DNA of 64,000 nucleotides. Source: a virus. Within the stretch, counting starts at the first letter, position 1. Every line of letters begins with the position of its first letter. Of this stretch, positions 57,909 through 64,000 are shown piece by piece. Position numbers and translations under genes: made by a program. The notes under the pieces were generated by a model that searched no databases, was not told where the DNA came from, and was given only the letters and a program-made list of their open reading frames with translations. The stretch lies in the IMG/VR virus record IMGVR_UViG_3300028783_000001, positions 1 to 64,000 of that record. One strand, written 5' to 3'.

Positions 57909-59153
57909 ATGAAGCTCAGTGGAGAGCAAACTCAGGTGTTGAAGCACCTACTGACGCAGACGACGGGTAGCTATCTCATAACCGGAAATGCAGGTTGCGG
58001 TAAAACTACACTTGCTGCTTACCTCGTGAGCCGTTTTCTTCGTAAAAACTCGCAGGTGCTGGTGATGTGTCCGACGCACCAGGCCAAGCAGCAATTCTCA
58101 AACAGGCTAGGCGAGCACAAGAATCTAAACCTCATCACGGTCGCCAAGTTTTTAGGCCAACGCCCGATAGTCGACAAGGCTAGCGGGCGTCTAACGTTTA
58201 CCTCTGGTGGTGGAACTGAGGAGACCGACTATCAGCTGATCGTGGTCGACGAGACGTCGATGGTCGGTGAGTATGAGTTGATGGAGATTGCTCGCGCCGC
58301 GATGCACTCGCTCGTCGTCTTCCTGGGCGACTTCGCCCAGTTGCGTCCCGTCATGAAGCGACAGGGAGACGCCTACACGCGTCTCCACACATTTCGCTTA
58401 GTAGAGCAGCACCGCAACCAAAACGCCATACTCGCCCTCTGCAATCGCGTCCGCGTGGGAGTTGATTATCCCCATACCAGCAACGGAATGATCCGCGTTC
58501 ACCGCGACCGGCGTAGCATGGTTCGCGACTTCCTACACGCGCTAACTACGGCAAAAGATCCGCTGGACGTCTGCTACCTCACATACCGCAACGCGCTCGT
58601 CAACCAGGTGCGCATGCTGGCACACCGTCGTTTGTATGGGGACGCCGTGTTCGCCGTAGGCCAGCAGCTGAGGCTCGACCAGATGTGTGCTGCGGGTTAC
58701 AACGGCAGCATCGTTTGCGTCGAGCAGGTTGGTCGCGTGAAGACGCGGGTGATCGACGGTGAGAAGTTTGAGGTGTATCCGCTTCGCGTGTTCAATCCTG
58801 ATACCGAGATTACCTACACGATCTACGCCGCTGGGATGAGCGAGCAGGCCAGGCAGGGAGCGCTGATCGAACGCCTATACGAGGCTAGCGCCAAGGCGTT
58901 TGCTCGCGACAAGGATGCGTGGAGGGAGGCGCGGAACGAGCTAGAGTTGGCCGAGACTATGGTGCGCCACTCTAGCCCATTCGTAGGCACTGTTCACAAG
59001 TCACAGGGACGGTCCATTGGTAGCGTGTTCGTCGATACGCTCGACATAAGCACGGGATCAGACAAGCGGCGTCTGCTCTATGTAGGCTACTCCCGCGCGT
59101 CACGCAGGCTGCATACGATTGCGGTCCCACTTAAGAAGCGGAGGGGAGCATGA
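57909..59153 (+). CDS. Dda/RecD-like SF1B helicase
   Basis: GNAGCGKTT, PTHQA, VVDETSM, GDFAQLRPV, TVHKSQG, YVGYSRA. Confidence 0.9.
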   Translation: MKLSGEQTQVLKHLLTQTTGSYLITGNAGCGKTTLAAYLVSRFLRKNSQVLVMCPTHQAKQQFSNRLGEHKNLNLITVAKFLGQRPIVDKASGRLTFTSGGGTEETDYQLIVVDETSMVGEYELMEIARAAMHSLVVFLGDFAQLRPVMKRQGDAYTRLHTFRLVEQHRNQNAILALCNRVRVGVDYPHTSNGMIRVHRDRRSMVRDFLHALTTAKDPLDVCYLTYRNALVNQVRMLAHRRLYGDAVFAVGQQLRLDQMCAAGYNGSIVCVEQVGRVKTRVIDGEKFEVYPLRVFNPDTEITYTIYAAGMSEQARQGALIERLYEASAKAFARDKDAWREARNELELAETMVRHSSPFVGTVHKSQGRSIGSVFVDTLDISTGSDKRRLLYVGYSRASRRLHTIAVPLKKRRGA

Positions 59154-59926
59154 AGATCATCGGCGGAACCGACTACTACGACGTGGCCCTCGCTACCGGA
59201 CACGACGATAATATCGTCTTCATCCGCCAGGGGATCAAGGCCGGCTTGTATGGAATCTTTGACATAAACGCAATCCCATACGACCCACCTGAACTGGGTG
59301 AGCCTAAGTGGGGTTTAGATACCAAACCGCTGGGAAGCAAATACAACCGATGGCGTTACAACAACCGCTCGTGGGAATTTTCCTATAAGAGCGGTCGAAT
59401 TATTTTGTCCAAGGTGGTGGTATGGTTTTGTGGAACGCGTCACGGTGGAATACGTTGGACCTATTCGGACAGTTATACGACGTTGCGTTCACCTGATGAT
59501 CCCCTGACTCACAACCAAGTATTTTGGTCGCACCAACTTCTCTTGGACAGTCTAGCTAAGGCAGGCTTTGAACCTCAAACGACCGGTGACTGGCGCAGCA
59601 ACGATTCATCTGCGTCATCCTTGGAAAAGCATTTTACCAACACAGGTAAGCAAGTTGTCTACGACTGGTTGGTGGAAAGCAAATATGCTATAGCGGTTCG
59701 CGACGATCCGAGGATTGGCTGGATCATAAATGCCGACGTGTTGAAGCATGTGCAGTTTCAGCGCAAGCTAGATGCGTGGCAAGCATTTCAAGAGCTGTCA
59801 ATATTTGTCGGCAATCTTGCAACCAATGAGAATAGGATGGTGGAGATTACAGACCCTAAGATTAAGATTGCCAAGCACGGCTTTGACAAGTGGAGCTTTA
59901 GGAAGATGCCGGCAGTGAGTAAATAA
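59150..59926 (+). CDS. conserved-type phage hypothetical protein
   Basis: DYYD N-terminus; AFQEL...KIAKHGFDKWSFR C-terminus. Confidence 0.6.
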   Translation: MKIIGGTDYYDVALATGHDDNIVFIRQGIKAGLYGIFDINAIPYDPPELGEPKWGLDTKPLGSKYNRWRYNNRSWEFSYKSGRIILSKVVVWFCGTRHGGIRWTYSDSYTTLRSPDDPLTHNQVFWSHQLLLDSLAKAGFEPQTTGDWRSNDSSASSLEKHFTNTGKQVVYDWLVESKYAIAVRDDPRIGWIINADVLKHVQFQRKLDAWQAFQELSIFVGNLATNENRMVEITDPKIKIAKHGFDKWSFRKMPAVSK

Positions 59927-59937
59927 GGGGTGTGCTA

Positions 59938-61093
59938 ATGGCTAAGGGCAAAGCAGAGGACAAGAGACCAATCTTATTCAAGCAGGTGTATGATGCATTT
60001 GGTGGCCGTAGCCCTGGTGGTTATGGCCGCGACGTCGATGGGGAGCACGTTTTGTTCCTTGAGCGGGACATGCTGCACTTCTGTCCCGACTACCAGTCCG
60101 TAGTGGATTCGTTGAATGCAATGGAGCTCACTAGTTGCGCACGGGTTGAGGTGGTTGAGGAAATTTGGCTGGGTAAATCTAGGTTGTGTGGTCGAGAATC
60201 ACTGGAGCAGAACAATGACAAAACTTGATGTCGATATTAACGCGCTCGACAAGTGCATCATTCACTGGAAGGAAAATGAGGTAGCGAAGACAATTGGTGA
60301 TACCAATATAGGTTCTGATGGGTGTGCCTTGTGTTCCATCTACAACCTCGATTGGAGTAACGACTGTCGTGGTTGTCCCATCAAGGCAAAGACTGGTCTT
60401 TATACTTGTTTAGGTACGCCATACGATAGCGTATCTAATATGATGGATCTCTGGTTTTATAGCATAGACACCGGTAAGTGGTACGCACCGATTGAGCAGC
60501 GCTTCCGGCGGTGGAAGTTTAACCAAGCCGCCAAGAAGTTTCGCAAGTGGCTGCAGGCGCTGAGGTTAGAGCTGGTTACGCACCATGGATGACCCAGATA
60601 GACTCAACCGAGTCCACGTTGTGACCGTGCGAGGTCACGGTGACAAATTCTTCGTCTACCTGAACGATGGTTCTTCCGTCGCTTGGGAGGTTTGGATCAC
60701 ACTTAGCGAAGCAGAGCGAAGGAGTCAGTGATGACGATATTACAACTGATACAGGCCCACCCAGACGTAGGAAGCCTCGATTCCTGGTGGCTCGTGGTGG
60801 CGGTTTTCCTTATAGCCGTGATAGCGAGGTAGGTGATGAGGCTGATCAGCAAACCGCGCCGGATCGTTACGGAGATTGCACCGGGCTGGTCCGGTAGGGC
60901 CTACTGGGCCGACGTTATCATCGACTCGGAGGACGCCTCGCTGGAGCTTGGGCATCAGTATTCAGCCTTACTAATCAATGGGCTGCACATTGTTGGCGTG
61001 TTTCCGTTGGAGATGGTCCCTCGCAGTCCGCTTCACTCCAAGAGGGACTGCTACCGATGTGCCGTAAACTTCGTAGAGGAGGTTGGAAAATGA
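59938..61093 (+). other. hypothetical genes (59938-60228, 60215-60592 Cys-rich, 60833-61093)
   Basis: ORFs with overlaps; CALC...CRGCP...C in the second. Confidence 0.5.
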
Positions 61094-61536
61094 TAACGTA
61101 TAAGAGGGGCGATGTTACAAACGCGAGTGAGCAGCTAATCGTGCATGGCTGCAACGCGCAGGGCGTGATGGGATCGGGGGTTGCGCTAGCGATTAGACGC
61201 AAGTGGCCATGGGTCTACGACGCGTATGCTCAGCTGCAGCCACCAATCCGACTGGGCCACGTGCAGTTTATCGAGACGAAGCCTAATTCCAGCCAGTATG
61301 TGGGCAACGCAATCACTCAGGAGTATTATGGCAAGAGTGGCACGCGCTTTGTGTCCTACGATGCCATTGACGAGTGCATGCAGCGGGTTCACCTATTCCT
61401 ATACGACAACGAACTAATCGACTCGGTTGCGATGCCGAAGATTGGAGCTGGGCTAGGTGGTGGTGACTGGGGTGTAATCGAGGCTATCATCAAGGACCGC
61501 CTCGCTGATCACAACGTTTCCATCTATGAGCTTTAG
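61090..61536 (+). CDS. macrodomain (ADP-ribose binding/hydrolase)
   Basis: GDV, HGCNAQGVMGSGVALAI, MPKIGAGLGGGDW. Confidence 0.9.
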   Translation: MITYKRGDVTNASEQLIVHGCNAQGVMGSGVALAIRRKWPWVYDAYAQLQPPIRLGHVQFIETKPNSSQYVGNAITQEYYGKSGTRFVSYDAIDECMQRVHLFLYDNELIDSVAMPKIGAGLGGGDWGVIEAIIKDRLADHNVSIYEL

Positions 61537-61545
61537 GGGAACACC

Positions 61546-62430
61546 ATGCCGATACTGAATCTAACCGAGGGCTTCGCGCCATACGGCAAAGAGCCTAAGA
61601 TGAATACGATTGGCCTATCACGCAACAAAATCTTCTCTGGTGGTGAGATCGACGTTGCGTTGGACACGGCTATTCCGCACGATAACGTGATGATTACCAC
61701 ACGCCTTGTAAACAGCGACGACGTGATGCAATTGCTAATGGCGACCGACGCCCTACGGCGGCGGGGCGCGAAAAACATAAACGTCTTCTTTCCATACTGT
61801 CCGTATGCACGGCAGGACCGCGTATGTGGGCACGGTGAAGCATTCTCGCTGGAGGTGTTCGCCAAGCTGATCAACGCACAAAACTACCAGAGCGTCACAG
61901 TGTTCGACACTCACTCCGCAGTAGCGACGTCGCTAATCAACAACTGCAAAAACATATCTCCTGCGGGGTTTGCATCGAGTATCATCAACAGTTACTATGG
62001 TACGTTGGAAGACAAACCTGCAGAGTCCGACTACTTCTTGATCGCACCAGACTCTGGCGCCGCCAAGAAGGTTCAGGCCGTATGGGATATGACCGACTGT
62101 GAAAATCCTCCTGTCGTCTTCTTTAAGAAGCGTGGGATTGGTGGTCAGATTGATAGCATTGAAACGTCGTTGCATTCAATGTTTGGTAAGGATGCATGGA
62201 TTGTCGACGACATCTGCGATGGTGGACGGACGTTTATTGCGCTTACCAAGAAGCTGAAGGAGATGAACGTAGGTAACGTGTTTCTAATCGTATCGCACGG
62301 CATCTTCTCGTATGGTACCAAGTGCTTGGAAGACGCCGGCATCGAACATGTGTGGACTACGGATAGCTTCCCAGAAAAAGCTAGTGACTACGACCTCATT
62401 ACTCGCATGTCACTCAGCGACCTTATCTAA
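61546..62430 (+). CDS. prs: ribose-phosphate pyrophosphokinase-like (probable Adps of NARP1)
   Basis: FSGGE, PYARQDR, DTHS, APDSGA, IVDDICDGGRTF, VSHGIFS. Confidence 0.88.
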   Translation: MPILNLTEGFAPYGKEPKMNTIGLSRNKIFSGGEIDVALDTAIPHDNVMITTRLVNSDDVMQLLMATDALRRRGAKNINVFFPYCPYARQDRVCGHGEAFSLEVFAKLINAQNYQSVTVFDTHSAVATSLINNCKNISPAGFASSIINSYYGTLEDKPAESDYFLIAPDSGAAKKVQAVWDMTDCENPPVVFFKKRGIGGQIDSIETSLHSMFGKDAWIVDDICDGGRTFIALTKKLKEMNVGNVFLIVSHGIFSYGTKCLEDAGIEHVWTTDSFPEKASDYDLITRMSLSDLI

Positions 62431-62441
62431 AGGATCATCCA

Positions 62442-64000
62442 ATGAGATACCTTCCCGTCAAGCAATACGACTTCCAGAATCCTGGCCTCCACGTTGATGG
62501 CTACAAGACTGGGCATATCAACCAGTTTCCAGACAACACCACTTTCTGCTATTCAAACTTCACGCCGCGCAGCACGAAGCACCTTGCGACGCTAGACGAC
62601 TTCGACGACCGCATCGTCTTCTTCGGGCTCAATGGGCTGATCCAGTGGTACCTCATCAACGAGTGGAACGATAAGTTTTTCAACCGACCAGTTGAGGCCG
62701 TCGTTAGCCTCTACCAAAAGACGATGGACGACTACCTCGGACCTGGAATCGTTGGAACGGATCACATCCGCGCGCTACATGAGCTGGGCTACCTACCGAT
62801 CCTCATCAAGGCATTGCCGGAAGGCTCGCGCGTAAACGTTCGCGTGGCGATGTGGACGATCCAGAATACGCTACCGGAGTTTTTCTGGCTCACGAATTAC
62901 CTGGAGACGCAGCTGTCGGCACAGTTCTGGAAGTCGCCCACGACCGCCACCACGGCGTTTGAGTTTAAGCGGCTGTTCATCCGCTACGCCCACCAAACTG
63001 GCGTACCGGTGGACTCTGTTGACGGACAGCTAGTGTTTAGCGACGTGCAGGGTCACGACTTCGCCATGCGTGGAATGTCCGGATGCACCGACGCCATCAT
63101 GCAGGCGGCGGCGCATCTGACGTCTCACCACGGCACCGATACCGTTCCGGCGATCCTCTACATCAAGGAGCTGTATGGGGACGACTCGTTTGTTGGCTGC
63201 TCGGTTCCTGCAACAGAGCACGCCGTCATGTGCATGGGCGGTAAGGACGATGAGGTCCACACAATCTACCGGCTTATTGCGGAAATCTATCCGAAGGGAA
63301 TCGTCAGCATCGTTTCCGATACCTGGGACTTCTGGAACACGTTGTGCAATACGACTAAGCTGCTCAAGCCAGAGATCATGGCTCGCGATGGCAAGGTTGT
63401 GTTTCGCCCAGACTCCGGCAATCCCGCTGACATAATCTGCGGAACTGCGCGGAGCATGGATTACTGCGGGAGCGTCCGCGACGCCTGCTCGGAAGCAAGG
63501 TATGCAGGAGTTGGCGTCTTCACTTATGGTGGAGCCTACTACGAGGTATGTGAATCACTGGCAGTGGCCCCCCATGGAGCATTTACGGTAGATGGGCTGT
63601 CCTATCTGCGCGTCGAACCAACTCCTGAGATGATGGGTGCTGTGCAGGTTTTGTGGGACAACTTCGGCGGAACCGAGACCGACAAAGGCTTCAAGGTGCT
63701 AGATTCACACGTTGGCCTAATCTACGGTGACTCAATAAACCTCAAGGTCGCAGAGGACATCTTCCAGCGGTTGATCACCAAGGGCTTCGCATCAAACAAC
63801 ATCGTGTTTGGCGTCGGCTCGTTCACCTACCAGTTTGTCACGCGCGATACGATTGGGTCTGCCATCAAAGCCACATACGGATGCGTCAACGGCGAATACC
63901 GTGAGCTGTTCAAAGATCCGAAGACAGACAACGGTGTGAAGAAGAGTGCACGCGGCCTGATCCGAATCGAGGGCAACGACGAAGATGGTTTCACCCAGTT
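62442..64000 (+). CDS. nadV: nicotinamide phosphoribosyltransferase-like (probable Namat of NARP1), 3'-truncated by window; absent from the ORF track
   Basis: My translation: DGYKTGH..QFP, HDFAMRG, VPATEH, SIVSDTWD, RPDSG, IYGDSI, KDPKTD..KKSARG. Confidence 0.9.
   Translation, partial: MRYLPVKQYDFQNPGLHVDGYKTGHINQFPDNTTFCYSNFTPRSTKHLATLDDFDDRIVFFGLNGLIQWYLINEWNDKFFNRPVEAVVSLYQKTMDDYLGPGIVGTDHIRALHELGYLPILIKALPEGSRVNVRVAMWTIQNTLPEFFWLTNYLETQLSAQFWKSPTTATTAFEFKRLFIRYAHQTGVPVDSVDGQLVFSDVQGHDFAMRGMSGCTDAIMQAAAHLTSHHGTDTVPAILYIKELYGDDSFVGCSVPATEHAVMCMGGKDDEVHTIYRLIAEIYPKGIVSIVSDTWDFWNTLCNTTKLLKPEIMARDGKVVFRPDSGNPADIICGTARSMDYCGSVRDACSEARYAGVGVFTYGGAYYEVCESLAVAPHGAFTVDGLSYLRVEPTPEMMGAVQVLWDNFGGTETDKGFKVLDSHVGLIYGDSINLKVAEDIFQRLITKGFASNNIVFGVGSFTYQFVTRDTIGSAIKATYGCVNGEYRELFKDPKTDNGVKKSARGLIRIEGNDEDGFTQ

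Noticed and set aside
1-64000. Minus-strand ORFs in the track (e.g. 14673-15335, 31626-32318, 42675-43337, 43964-44569)
   Set aside because: All are antisense to well-supported + strand genes and show no recognisable motifs; treated as shadow ORFs
1-64000. Stop-codon reassignment
   Set aside because: Long conserved genes are intact under the standard code and TAG, TGA and TAA all end genes

Overview
A 64-kb segment of a large dsDNA bacteriophage genome. Essentially every credible gene is on the + strand, densely packed, with no tRNA, rRNA, CRISPR or IS element visible. An alphaproteobacterial host is a weak guess from the rfbF, terB/terC and secreted-protein look-alikes. Left to right: (1) small hypothetical genes; (2) nucleotide metabolism (dCTP deaminase, tandem dNMP kinase, long ThyX, RNA ligase, MazG-like, HD); (3) a candidate DNA-hypermodification locus (two DNA methyltransferases, a four-gene CDP-sugar pathway, a ParB-like fusion and a GREB1/TET-associated-type glycosyltransferase); (4) a sigma70-promoter island containing an HU-like protein; (5) an NAD+-dependent ligase; (6) terB-terC followed by what looks like a phage-encoded ubiquitin-like conjugation module (Ubl ending in Gly, a protein with an E2-like HP..CLG motif, an E1/ThiF); (7) a GIY-YIG endonuclease; (8) amidinotransferase, SbcD/Mre11 nuclease and primase; (9) a family-A DNA polymerase broken into two genes and rejoined by a naturally split intein; (10) a Dda-like helicase; (11) a macrodomain + Prs-like + Nampt-like (NARP1-type NAD+ reconstitution) cassette running off the right end. 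A phage-specific motif TGAGTAAA(TA) occurs at least 18 times on the + strand, mostly at gene boundaries. All calls come from motif recognition by eye; no database searches were run.
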